Below are positions 25,801-40,100 of a DNA stretch of 64,000 nt, piece by piece. This DNA is from Octopus bimaculoides (taxonomy: Eukaryota). The notes below the pieces were generated by a model, which was not told the DNA's origin, did no database searches, and saw only the letters and a program-made list of their open reading frames with translations. The stretch is from NCBI RefSeq assembly GCF_001194135.2, contig NC_068981.1:172439619-172503618 (forward strand), in the 5' to 3' direction. The position numbers were made by a program, and so were the translations under genes. The number at the start of each line of letters is the position of its first letter. The stretch's first letter is position 1.

Positions 25801-26941
25801 TTCAGACAATTTTTGTTGCTCTACACAAAAAGCATTTAAACCGGGCTCCAGGAAAAGTGGAATAAATTTATCAATTTTCAAATATTAAGAGACACTGCTG
25901 AGTATTGTAAAGTTGAAGATGTAAGCTCCTGGGAAGCAGACTCCACAATTTAGTTTTGAATTCTGGTTGGAATTGCTTTGTTTTTCTTGTATTATTTGTG
26001 TCCTTCAGAAACATGGTAATGTAATAAATCACACATCTAATACTTTATATCTAACTTTGGAAGACGACAGAAAGCTTCTTAAGTGTACTCTCTGTAGACA
26101 TCTTGTAAGAGTCATAACAAGATCAATATAGAATTGAGATATGTATTTTAAAGGAAAAGGCGAAGATACTGAAATAGTGTTAGTTGTCTTCATTATTTTA
26201 TGTCTATTTTTACCATACTAACAAGGTTGGATGTGTCTGCTCCAATACAGCATTTTGTTGCATGTTTCAGGCCTTTGCCATTTTCTTTATGAAGATCAAC
26301 ATTCTAAGATCAACCTTCACCATTTCTTCCTTTTCCAAAGATTCTTTCATCTTAATAATTCTTATTTGTTATAATTTGTGTGTATCTAGCTTATATGAAA
26401 ACCATATCTTTGATCTGGCTTCAATTCATAATTAAAACCATTTGCCTAAAGTGTTTAATAACTTTAAAAAAAGCATATGGATTACAACTTCTGATTAACC
26501 TTTCTCCATAGATCTGAGACTTTGTATTTACATAATTGGCAATTATTTTTTGTTCTCATTCAGGAAAATTCACGATAAAAATGAACAAGAAATACAAGAA
26601 AAACATTCTCTGATAGATGAGAATGCTTTGTTGAAGAGAGAACTAAAATCAGCTAAATTTACAGGTAAATGAAATAAATATTTAAGAAAAGATAAATTAG
26701 TCACTGAAACAATAAGAATATATCTTGGGGAGTGTATAAATTTTCAAAATATAAATTAGATATATAAATTAGGCAAATAGGCGCAGGAGTGGCTGCATGG
26801 TAAGAAGCTTACTTCCCAACCACATGGTTCTGGGTTCAGTCCCACTGCATGGCACCTTGGGCAAGTGTCTTCTACTATAGCCTTAGGCCGACCAAAGCCT
26901 TGTGAGTGGATTTGGTAGATGGAAACTGAAAGAAGCCCGTC

Positions 26942-26979
<38 letters not shown>

Positions 26980-28145
26980 TTCTAATATAAGGATTAAATT
27001 TTTCAAACAAAGTTTCATCAGTGGCCAGCATATTAAAATACTTTTCAAGGTGAAAATATAAACAATTATATATAAGGACAAAAAAAAAAATTTCTTTGCC
27101 AATATGTTGAAGAATAGACTTTAGATTGTCTAACCACATACAATATTTTCCACTATAAATACACAGGACAATGGCATTACTTTTGCTTAAGTTCTTAAAA
27201 TATAAATAATGATAAAAAATAATAATTGCCAGGGTGCTAAGGATTAATTAATTTTAATCTTTTTGCTTTTTCTATTTTCTATTTTTCCTTTTCAGCTTCA
27301 GTGATTGAATCAACGAGTTCAGAATTAGAGAATATGCGCCAGGAAAATTGTCATCTTCAATACAGGATACAGTTAAAGACACAGCAAGTTAAAGATAATG
27401 TAGCTGAGAAGGAATCTATAAAGGAAATCTTGCGAGAGTTTGTATGTCTTATCAAAGATGGATCCTCATCGAATAGTGAATCAAACCCTCCTCAACATGT
27501 ATGTCTCTCAAAAGTACTGATACTTACATTTCAAAATGTTCTTCAATGTATTTTTTTTTATAATATATCTGCAATAGATATGCGGATTTAAAAAAATCAT
27601 ATACAACAAAGACTCTATCTATAATTTATTATCCATATCAGATAAAACATGAAGCAATTATAATATTCTTTTGACTGATTAATTTAATGTTTCTCTTTAA
27701 AGAATGTTTTTCATTTTATCATCTGATGTTACAGATAAATATGTTCAGATTTGCTTTCATTTTATACTTTTGAACATTCCATTTATAGTTAGTTTGATTC
27801 AATTAGAGATTTTTGCCTTCTAAACCTTCAACTTTTAAGAGACTATAAGTCCAGGTTAATAATTTTATGATATTTTTAGAGTTAGGGAAATCAACTTATC
27901 ATTTGACTTGAGTTTCAGTAAACCTTTAGCATTTAAAGTGGCCATATTTGATCCAAATATTCTACCTATTTTATGTTGAAACTTGCCATATCTGGTCTCT
28001 TACATCTACCTTACACTATCATTCTAAAGGTATACAATCATATCATGAAATTTTCACAACTATGAGGCAATGTATGATTAATTCAAAACAGTGTGAATAA
28101 ATATTACATTTAGCAGAATAATCTAAATGCTAAAGGGAAAGCTTG

Positions 28146-28198
<53 letters not shown>

Positions 28199-31100
28199 GT
28201 GTGCACATGCACACACACACACGTACTGGTTTTCATTTTCTTTTCTTTTTTTATTTGTTTAGGTAACCAAACCTGAACAAAATGATAGTGGTATTTTGAG
28301 TTGGAGACCAGATTGCCAACAACCTCCATCTAAAGTCGTTTCTGAATTTGAAGCTTTACTACAGATTTCAGTTCCAACTGCATGTAGCTCTTTACTCACA
28401 GATATACAGTTAGTAACAAATTTACGACTATCTCTTTATCTATCAACAGAAATGTTTCATATCTCACAGGGAAATATCTCTTAGCTAATTCCGTCTGGTA
28501 GCCTTTATCTGTTTTCATTTATGATATAAATTCTCCTCTTTGTTGTAATTTTTATGGCTTAGTCAAAGGAGTAAGAGTAGTGCCCATCAATGTTTCTCAC
28601 CACCTCTAGGGCTGGTGGAAGGAAGATAGGAAGAAAGCATAACTCATTGCTGCAGTAGGAAACAGCAGATCAAGATATTGACTTAACTGGAGACTTGATC
28701 TGAACACTTGCAATAGATTGGGCTCCACTAAAAGCACCCATAGACAAATGATAGTGATAAAAAAAAACAACAGATTAAATCTAAGTCTAAAGACAGGTAC
28801 AGTCTAGATAGCAAGCTTCTAAGTTTCCATCTAATTTTACTCACAAGGCTTAGGTCAACTTGAGACTATAATAGAAAGCATTTGACCAAAGTACAATGAA
28901 ATGGGATCATCACTTATAAAAATAGAAGTGCTTTTCAAGAAGCAGATTTATCTGAAATATTGTTTCAGTAGTTTTAGACATATTCTACATTTCTTATAAT
29001 TGGAATGAAATTTTGACATTGACATTTTCTTTCCTTGATGTGTTTTTTTTACTTTTTGTAGCAGATAAATACTTGATATATATTGTTAAAATCTGAAGGA
29101 ATATAATTAAATATTATTAAAACTCCACAGAAACAAATTTGCAGATAAAGAAGCTAAAATACAACAATTGCAAGCCTTTAACCAATCATTAGCAGCTTCA
29201 AAAGAAGAATGGTTGAAAGTAGAGAATCAAGAAGCTGATAATTGTAAGTTTCTTGTTTTATTGTGTTTTTTTTTTCAAACTGTAAGACTTTTAATTTGTA
29301 AAGGCTGTTAATTGGATTGTGTAATCAATTTCACCCTGGTAAGGATGTCAGTCTCTCATTGGTGGCATTCCCAGGAGATCTGGTTCTTTTGACTCCCAAC
29401 TTTTGTGTGAATAAATACATGTCAGGGATTTGAAATGAACATTTGAGAGATTATGGTTAAATACAATATCCATCTGAGTTTTTCACCTCTGTTATATGTG
29501 AATATTTATTTTGGGGAAAGTAGGGTATAGACATAGCTATATGTTTAAGAAATTTGCACCATATGGTTTCAATTTCAGTATCACTTTTGCATTGCATATG
29601 TATGTCTATTTATTTAGCTGATGTAACTATTGTTGCCAAAAAACTAATCAACCAATACTTTCAAAGATAAGTACTTTGTGATACTTGTTCCATTCAAGCT
29701 ACACAGACGGCTAAGAAGATAATGATGATGGTGATGTTTGAGGGCAGTGGATTGACAGAATCATTAAAGTATTGGACAAAATACCATGTGGTATTTAATT
29801 ACAGCTCTTTACATACTGACGGCAAATCTAGCCAAGGTCAACTTTATCTTCCATTTCTTCAGAGTTGATAAAATAAAGTGCCAATCAAGTACTGGGTCCT
29901 ACCAAATTTTTTGCTTTGTTCTTCTGTTAGAAATTATTACCATTGTTGTTGTTGCTAAGAACATTTTAGTGCAAGAAGTGCCTTGTGTACTGAGTTCCTA
30001 TACTACTTTTGGCTTTCAACTGAAATCATTTTGCTTCATTTATGCTGTCATATCTTCCTTGAATACATGATTTTTTGTGCTTAGTAAAATCATTATTATC
30101 ATTGCTGTTATATCTTCTTGTTTAGATAAAAGGAAAATAACAGAACTGAGTGAAAGTAATAATTACTTATCCAAACAACTGGATGAACTGAAAGAAAACT
30201 TTCAGAGTGTCAAATACCAGCTTGCTGAGAGTGAAGCTAAAGCTGAGAATTTAGATTTCTGCATCAGTCAACGGAATACACAGCTTGTAGAGCTTCAGGA
30301 AGAATTGAATAACAAAGAAAACAACATTTGCCAACTTGAGAAAAAGGTACATCCTTATTTTTGTTGTAAAATTTTATTAGTGAATTATTGTTGGCTTTGC
30401 ACTATGGTAAATATGTTACTGAGACACAGATTTACTCTCTCAATGTCATGAAGTTGGTCTTAAGTTTCGTTGTATTATGGACTTTAGCACTTTGTTTTAC
30501 ATGTCTCTTCAGCTGATGAGGAATCTTTGCTCAAAAACTAATATTTGTGCCATCATAGGAACACTTCAACAAGTTCTTGTCATCCTTTTCATCATCATCA
30601 TTTAACATCCATATTCCATGTTGGCATGGGTGGACAGGATCCAGTGGGTCCAAGGATTGTATCATGCTCCAGTGTCTGCTTTTGATTTCTACAGCTGGAT
30701 GCCTATCCTAATGCTAACCACTTGTGTACTGGGTGCTATTTCATGTATCACCAGTACCCATGAAGTGAGATTACCATGCAGTTCACAAGACTACGACCTC
30801 CAAAAGTGGGGTTGACTTTATGCTAGGAGAGGAAGGATTAAAGTATGAGAGAAAGGGACAAAACAGGTTCTTGTTGTGGAAGAACTACCTGGCTACTAAC
30901 ATTTAGAAGAAGCATTATTATATGTCCCAGTCTTTATAAATATTGCTAAGGATTGAAAGGCATGGATATGGACAAAGGTATAGTTGTAGATGTAGGCATG
31001 GTTGGGAACCATGCTTCCCAACCATGGGGTTTTGGGTTCAGTCCCACTGTGTGATAACTTTGGGCAAATACCTTCTACTGTAGTCCCAGGCCAATCAAAG

Positions 31101-34100
31101 CCTTGTGAGTGGATTTCGTAGATAGAAACTGAAAGAAGCTCATCATGTGTGTGTGTGTGTGCAAGTATGCATGTCTTTGTGTTTGTCCTCTACCACTGCT
31201 TGACAACTGGTGTTGGTTTGTTTACATCCTTGTAACTTAGCAGGTTAGCAAAAGTAACCTAAAAATAAGTACCAGACTTAAAATAAGTTCTGGGCTGACT
31301 TGTTTGACTAAACTCTTCAAGGCACTGCCCTTGCATGGCCACAGTCCAGTGGGTGAAACAGGTAAAAGAAAAAGAAACCTTTTTCGCATTTTCTCCTTTT
31401 TTAAATAATGATGCAATTAAAAGATAAATTTTGTTATAATTTCAGTTACGTGAAAAATCACATGAAATAGTTACTCTTGATGCACAGCTAAGTGAAAGGA
31501 TGAGAGATTTTAATGAACAGTTCAATAAGTACCAACAGTTTGAAGATGAGCTGAGATCATGTGAAGCTAAACTTGATCAAACACAGGCAGAATGTTCTAA
31601 CTACAGGCAAGAAATGGAAGATATTAAAAAAGAAAAAGAAAAGGATTTGCAGTTATATCTAAAGCAATTTAAAGAAAAAGACAAATTGATTGAGTCAGTA
31701 AGCTTGTTCTCTCTATTCAGGACTTCCACTTTTTTATGTTGTGTGATTACTTATGTATCTTGGTTTATCTAAAATACATGCACAATATATGTTGAACCTG
31801 TTGGAAAATCAAAAGCTTACACAAGCAGATGTTTTGAGAAAACGAAGTTGGAATTTTGAAAGAAGTATTTATAAAAAGATAATTTCAGTTGTCTGAAAGT
31901 AGAAAAAATTTTTTTGGATCTTTTTTAAAACGGGGGCCACATTTTTCATTAATGTTTTACGTAGTGTTTTTGGTACTGAAAGACTTTCAAACTTTGTATA
32001 CTTATCTATTTTGTGTTATAGAACAGAAAAATATTTTTGTATTCGAATTTATTTCATGTAAAAAATTGTCTTATTTCGATAATTTCAACCAATCACTGAC
32101 AAGTATTCAGTTGTTTACATTTACTCCTTTGGCTGATTAAGCCATAGCTTCGTTTTATTTGCTTTTTTCATTTTAAATTTGCTTTTTTTCATTTTCTTTT
32201 TTTTTTCTTCGTTTTATTTGCTTTTTTCTTTTTAAATTTGCTGTTTTACCCTAACCCTAACCCTAACCCTAACCCTATCACCAATAGAATTGTTTCAGAA
32301 TCGTTTGTTTATGTAGTCGGCACTTAATGTATATCGGCTGAATGGATGTCAGTGATTGGTTGAAATTACAGAAATACGACAACTTTAACATGGAATAACT
32401 TAGGGATTTCTTTTTTTTTAAGAAGACTAAGAGAAAAAGATGTTTTATATGACACATTCTACCAGTGTTCCAAGTTTCAAAGTGTTTCGTTAATGAAAAA
32501 TGTGGCCCCCGTTTTAAAAAAGATCCATTTTTTTAAATTAAGAAAAGTTTAATGGAACAAACACTCTCGCTTTCTCTATCCTGGGTTGGATGGCTTGACA
32601 AGAACTGGCAAGGCCAGGTGCTGCACCAGGTTCTGTAATTTGTTTTAGCCTGGTCCTTATGGCTGGATACCCTTCCTAATGCCAATCACTCCACAGAGTG
32701 TACTGCGAGCTTTTTTATGTAGCACCCACACCAATGCTTTTTACATGGCACCTTGGTTTTAGGATCTCAATTCTGTTGTGGTGAGCAGGTCTATTAAATT
32801 GAAATTGATCACTAGTATCTTGTTGATTTGAAGTGAAGGATAACTGATTCATAATTTTGTCATTTATGGGAAATACACAAAAAAAAGTGGCATGTAAAGT
32901 TCGATTTGATTGGAATTTTATTGATTTCTATTTGCTTTTGTTGGTACACTTTCTAAGTGAATATTCCTTTTTTTGTTAAGGCAGCGAGCTGGCAGAATTG
33001 TTACTGTGTTGGACAAAATGCTTAATGGCATTTCTTCCAACGTTACATTCTGGGTTCAAATACTGTCATGGCCAACTTTGCCTTCATCCTCTTTTTTTGT
33101 CTTGGGTGTGTGGTGGGGGTTATGATTAAATAAGTTCCAGTTGAGTACTCTCCCCAAAATTGCAGGCCTTGTGCCAAAATTCGAAATCAATATTTCTTTG
33201 TTGGTAAGAGTTGAAAATAAACTAGAAAAAGGGTTATTGGTGGGAAGTACAAAATATGTTAGATAAAATTTTGAAATTTTTGTTTTCAAGAATGTAATTT
33301 CAGATGTATGATAAATTTTTTTTTTTTCCAATCCTCCAAAATACTTGAGATCGGTCTTCACCTCTGATGACATCCAAAAAGCGATTTCATTTTTCTCTGC
33401 TTGTTCAGGTCTAGGAATTGATGGCCTTTGGCCTCAACATCTCAAGGATGGTATCTCCTTATCAGCCAGTGATGCCAGACTTGAGCTCTTGGAGAATTTG
33501 ACTCAGCTTGTGAACCAGTTCTCTTCAGTGAATGTCCTCCCCTATATCTGCCCACTATTCTTCGGTGCAAAATTAATCAAGCTCACTAAATCCAGTAGAG
33601 ACCTGCACCCTTCACCATCTCACTGCAAAGGTGTGCTTACAATCGGTCTCTAGATTATTGGAGGAGGAATTTTCCCTTACCCAGGTAGGAGTGGACACCA
33701 AGTTGGAATGTGAAGCTGTTGCCCATGCTACCAGAGCCTATGCCAACTTGCCCTCCTTGTCACCCAAGGTCATCCTCAAACTTGACCTTAAGAATGCCTT
33801 CAACTCCATTAGCCGCAATGCTGTCCTCAGCTCAGTAAGAGAGAAAGTCCCACAACTCTTTCAGTGACCAAAATCATCACCTCCACCTTGGGAGTCCAAC
33901 AGGGTGACCCACTTGGACCCGCTCTATTTGTACTGGGTATTGATGACATCACCAAGATGGCGGTCGAGCTAGACCTCAACGTCTGGCATCTTGACGATGC
34001 TTGTTTGGGGGGACCTCCGGATAGGGTTCTCACCATTGCAAACATGATGGTTAGAGGGGGGGGGCTTAGTTGCCGGGGTCTCCAAGTAAACAGCTCAAAA

Positions 34101-37100
34101 TGTGAGCTCTGGATCCTCAACCACCCAGCTTCTCAACATCAACCAACTATTGATCTTTTTGCAGAGTCCTTCCCTTCCATTGCAGTCCCTCCTCCATCGG
34201 CTTGGTGCTCTCTAGGAGCCCCAATCACTGACCTTGCCTTTGAGTCCATCTTCCAGTCGAAGGTGGCTGCCTTTGAACAATTGCTGAAAAATATTGAAGC
34301 TATCGAACCCCATCAAGGTTTTTTCATACTTAGGAATTGCCTCTCGATCTCTAAGCTTCTATATTTGCTCAGAGTCAGCTCACCTTACCGATACCCATCG
34401 TGCCTCCAATGCTTTGACAACCTAATCTTTGAGAGACTCAAATGCTTGGTCAATGTCACTCTCTCCCATGTCCTGCGATTTCGAGGCATTTTACATACCA
34501 ATCAGTTTTTCAGACATTCGTATACTATATCTTACAGTATATCTCTCATCAATTTGAGAGAAATATGATCAATAAAAATATTGAATATAAAAGCAATATT
34601 TATCTCTTTTTGTTTAAGTTAGATTTACTTTTGTTTCATAAATTTATTAGGATCAACACTTTCTGAGATAAGTCTACTTATTTTAATCCTACAAAAATTT
34701 CAGCTTCAGAGAAAATCAGATGAACAACAAGTAGTTATGGAAGATCTTCTGAAACAAGTAGACATTCTGTCTGGGGAATTATTCACCAAGTCAGAAAGTT
34801 TCAAAGATCTGCAGTATCAAGAACAAGAAACATCACAGGTAAATACCTAAAAAGACTGACAATGTTAAAAGGAATAATTATACTTATATCTTTTTTGAAT
34901 AATTAGTTAATCTGAGGAGGACATATAATATTCATAGACTTTTTAAATATTCCTAAATTAGTGAAGTAGGAATAATTGAGTTAGTGTGGCTAATATCATA
35001 TTTGAATTGTTGGTGAGAAAATATTCTTAGGGGTCCAAGGGAATGAAATATTTAAGGAGAAGGATTAAATAAACTATTTAGTACACAGCCTAAGAATGAA
35101 ACTCATTGGAAGCAAGGAGAGAAAAGAGAAAGCTACATTAGATGGGTTTAGTTAAGATGGTGTACAATGAGCAAATTTAGAGGTGCTAAGAACCATCATC
35201 ATTTTATTGTCCATTTTTCCATGCTTACATGGGTCTGGAGCTATAGCAGAAAACATTTGCCCAAGGGGCTTTGTTGTAAGACTGAACTCAAGCCTATGTG
35301 GTTGTGAAGCAAACTTCTTAACTATACAGCTGTGTCTGCATCTAGTAACAAAATTCTTAAAAATTAGAATATTTAGCTTATTAGCTAATAGTTGTAAAGC
35401 ATTAGTGAATCAAGGCTTACTCATCAGAACAACAACATTTTCTTAATGCAGTCTTGAAGGACTTGACAGGATAGTAATGTAATCCCTACCTTAAAATTCA
35501 TGATGGTTCTAAGTAGTTACAATATATTCACAAAAGTCTTGCAGTTCATTCTACTGAAGTTAAACTGTTCTCTGTCAAATAACCCTAAACTTAAATTGGA
35601 AACATGCTTAAGTTTGAGTTTCACTACCAAGTGTTTGGTCAGAGTTTATGAGTGTTAATTAGTTCGTTGTTGTTGTTGGCACTCCGTCGCTTACGACATC
35701 GAGGGTTCCAGTTGATCCGATCAACGGAACAGCCTGCTCATGAAATTAACGTGCAAGTGGCTGAGCACTCCACAGACACGTGTACCCTTAACGTAGTTCT
35801 CGGGGATATTCAGCGTGACACAGTGTGACAAGGCTGACCCTTTGAATTACAGGCACAACAGAAACAGGAAGTAAGAGTGAGAGAAAGTTGTGGTGAAAGA
35901 GTACAGCAGGGTTCGCCACCATCCCCTGCCAGAGCCTCATGGAGCTTTAGGTGTTTTCGCTCAATAAACACTCACAATGCCCGGTCTGGGAATCGAAACC
36001 ATGATCCTATGACCGCGAGTACGCTGCCCTAACCACTGGGCCATTGCGCCTCCACATTAATTGGTTCTATCTGACAATATTAAGCATATGATCATGTGCC
36101 ACTGGAAGAGTTTCTAAGTAGAGTGTTCTGTCCCCAAATTCAAATGTAATATCATACATCAATCAAAACTCATCTGTTATAAAAAAACGCAAAAAACTTT
36201 AGAATTTGTTCCTGAACCTATTTCCTTGAACACTATTTGTGATACAAACAGAATAATCATGAAAGCTAATCAAACAGTAAAGTTTTGTTACCCTCAGAAT
36301 GTTAGATTTAAAAATGGAATATAAAATGATAGTGAGAAAATGCAGGGATAGGCTATATAATTACTAAGTTGTATGTAATAATTTAGGCTGATAATTATAT
36401 GATGCATAGTGCTGAGTGATACTATGTATCATATAATTGACAAGCTGTTCTGAATAGTAGCAGTCTTTACTTATTTATTTTCCTTAGAATTGACAATGCT
36501 GTAATTGAGCATTTATGTTGTTGTTTTATTTATTTCTAGAAATTAATACAAAAGAATGAAGAATTAGAAAATATGCAGAAACAACTTGATTGTCAGAGTT
36601 CTGAGAGTAAAAATTGTATAAATCAAATGGAAAAAACAATTGAAAGTTTTAAGGCGCAGATGAGTTGTTACATTAAAGATGCACAGAAAAATAACAGTCA
36701 ATATCTTGCAGAACTTGCCTTGAAAAATTCAAAGGTTGGTGTTGTTGTTGCTGTTGTTGTTGTTTTCTCTATATCACAGGCTCCTGGAGTCTTGAATGCG
36801 TAGCAAGCTTACTACCTGCAGCTTACTACCTGCAGCCTATTCGTTCTTTTCAGCTATCTAATACTTTCCTGATTATTCTGGCTGTGACAAGGAAGCAAAC
36901 CTTTTGTAACAGTTCTACTGGGCACTCTATTCCAATTTCCTTTATATTCCTCTTGATGCCTTCTGATACTGTCTCCAAGAACCCAACAATAATTGGCACT
37001 ATCTTCACCTTCTTCATTTTCCATAGCTGAGCTATTTCATACTTAAGAAAGCTGTATCTATCTATCTTTCTGACTTCTTTCTTGACTATTCGTGGGTCAA

Positions 37101-40100
37101 AGGGGCATGCAACGTCAACTACATAGCATATGTGGTGCACCTTGTCCATCACCAACAGGTCTGGTTTGTTATGCTCTAACACTTGATCTGTTCGGATTGG
37201 GAAATTCCAGAGGATTTTGCTAGTCTCTGACTCTGCCACTCTCTGCGGTTTGTTCTCATACCACATCTTGCCTCTCTCAAGCCCCCACATTTTGCACAGT
37301 TTCCAATGTAGCACTTTCACTACCTGGTTGTGTTGCCACAACTTGTGGTTTTGGGCAAGTGTGGAGCATTCATTCTTGATATGGGCAACGGTTTCATCCA
37401 CTCTGTTGCAGATGCAGCACAGCGGAGACACTTGCTCATTCCTCAGGTTGACCCTCCGGCTCATGGCTAGATCTTGGTCCTGCGTTGCCAGTATAGTGCT
37501 CTTGGTCTCTTTTAGGATTCCTTTCATCAACCAATCCCAGCAACTTCTGTCGTGGCTACATGGAATTGATTGTGTAGTCCCTTCTTGTGTAATTCTTCTT
37601 CTTCTTCTTCTTCTTCTCCTCCTCCTCCTCCTGCTGTTGCATGGTTTCAACTGTGTCTTATGAGCTCCTGTTGCATAGTCTAGTGGGTTCACTTCCATCT
37701 TCCTGAGGTGTCTTTCGGCTTTTGGGATGGTTTTTATACATTTTGGAGCAGTTTATGAAAAACCCTATTATTGATAAATTATTGATAAATTATTGATACT
37801 TAATAATTAGCTCTTGACTAGCTGCAATTCTGAAATGGAATTTATAATCAAGACAATGCATATATATATATAGTGAAAAAGTAAAAAAAAAACACAAAAA
37901 CAAAATAAATTAAACAGTGTATTAGTAAAGACACATGCCCTAGTGGTCAGGGTGTTGCACTCATGATAGTGAGATCATGTTTTTAATTCTCAGACAGCTG
38001 TGCATTGTGTTCTTGAGCAAAACACTTCATTTCACATTGCTCCAGTTCATTCAGCTGTAAATGTGATGGATTGGCATACAAGGATGAGATGGTGACTCAG
38101 AAAAAAACATTCAAATGGAGGTCTCACAAGCCATGTTTTGTATTCAGCAATTGAAAGGGTGAATAGTAAAACCTGTATTGTGATTCCCACTTGGTTGGGG
38201 TTCAGTCATGTCAGAGGAGGCTTACACTCAGGAAATATGGAAGGAAAAGTCTTTTACATTTTGAGCATACACTCTATGCACACACATAACCACAAACACA
38301 CACACACATACACATATATATATATTGTGTGTGTGTGTGTGTACATATATATACACAAGAAATTCTGTGGATGTTCTTATAAAATGTGGCTGCCTGTCCA
38401 AATCTCTGAATCTCCTCCCCCAGTTTGACACAGGGATGATGGCTCAGGCTTTTGGTAGCTTACTGAACTCTGAGTCCTTCAGTGTAAAACCAAGAGTTAG
38501 GCTCTTGTACTGTTGAATATCTTTTTCCTCTGTATGGTCACATTGTTATGCAAAAGGTTGGAAAGGACAACAGAAGTCTCTATTAATGTGATAGGAATTC
38601 TCTCAACATCAAAAGGCTACAGGCCACTACCACTGTACTGTTGTAACTCAAACAATGGAAGCCCTGTGATCCATTATCTCAACAGTTGTTACAACTTATG
38701 AAAGAATGGGTAGTTAATGTCCAGGAAACTAAAGTTGTCTGCCAATAGTACACTGTACCACACTCACTCCTTCCCAATTTATCAGTACAACAGCAACAAC
38801 TAAGCCCCACTAATTCAGGTACCTGGACAGTATCACTTCCAGTGACTGCTTATTGGATGAAGAGATTCTAAATCACCTCAAACAGGTTTTTGTATCTTTC
38901 TGAAAGCTCAAAGAGAGAATCCTTCTTTTTAAACATTTCAGCTTCCATGCCTAGGTCCTTGTTTACAGGGCAGTGAATGTTTCTACTCCCCTATAAACCA
39001 CACAACAGCTAGCACATTAAGATCTTGGAATCCTTTTGCTACTGGTATCTCCAGAACATTCTTTTGGTCACGAGGTGCACAAAAATCTTTTGACAAATTA
39101 ACACCAACATCATTGAACTTACTCTATACAGGCATTAATTGAGATGTAGTGTATATCTTTGATTCATGTCTCTTCCTTAGGGACGTCTACAGTGAGTACA
39201 CTATGGTCTCCACTTGGCTGAAGGAACAAAGAGGTGGTTCAAAGACCAGCTGAAGACCATTTTGAAATGCAAGCAACATCAACTCTTCATTCAAAAGTGG
39301 AAGACATTGCTATCTGATACTTGCTTTGCTTTTATATAATTATAAACATAGTTATATACATATTGTTGACTTAATAAGAATTTTATAAACTTTGAAAGAA
39401 CATAAAATAATTCTTTCTTTAAGTTTATAAATACTTATGACGTCAACAACATACGATTCTTTCTGCTGAGAATAAAGTTTCTAAAATGAATATAGAAATT
39501 TGAAGGGTTGCTTTGGTTGAATGGTAAAACCCCCTGTCCTGTTTACAGGAGGTATGGGTTCACATCCTATGGGATGTGATGAATATAGGGTAAGATATAT
39601 ATATATATATATATATGTCCTACTTTATATTCATCAATTATAAACTTTTTGTTTGTGAATAAACAAGATCTTATTGTTTTTTTATTTATTTTATTTTAAT
39701 TCGTATATTGTGTGTGTGTATTTTTGCTACTAGGAGCAGTCTCTAGTCAACCAAATCAAACAGCTTGAACAGTCATTAAAAGAAAAAGAACAACAATGTA
39801 ATAATCTGCAGCAGACACATGAAGAGAATCAGTCAATGCTAGACAAAAGTTATGAACTTATTTCGCAGCTAAAAAAATCTCAAGTTTCTACACTTAAAGA
39901 AGTAAGTTTATTGAAAATCATTCTTGCTCTCTCTCTCTCTTTCTCTGAAAAAGCTAGGGCTCACATAGAAGCTCTCTTGATAGCTTGTTTTTAGGTATCT
40001 TTGTACAATTTTAGGTATCTTTGTACAATTTTAGGTATNNNNNNNNNNTATCTTTGTACAATTTTAGGTATCTTTGTACAATTTTAGGTATCTTTGTAAT

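Noticed and set aside
30505-30545. Hammerhead-like CTGATGAG...CTC-AAAAC
   Set aside because: Lacks GAAA and has no pairable stem I/III; at best a dead relic.
32249-32277. Telomeric repeat as a chromosome-fusion scar or CRE target site
   Set aside because: It lies inside a TIR/TSD-bounded MITE and does not abut the RT element.
35985-36055. tRNA-like sequence on the minus strand
   Set aside because: It is the head of a SINE, followed by body and tail; the cloverleaf is imperfect.
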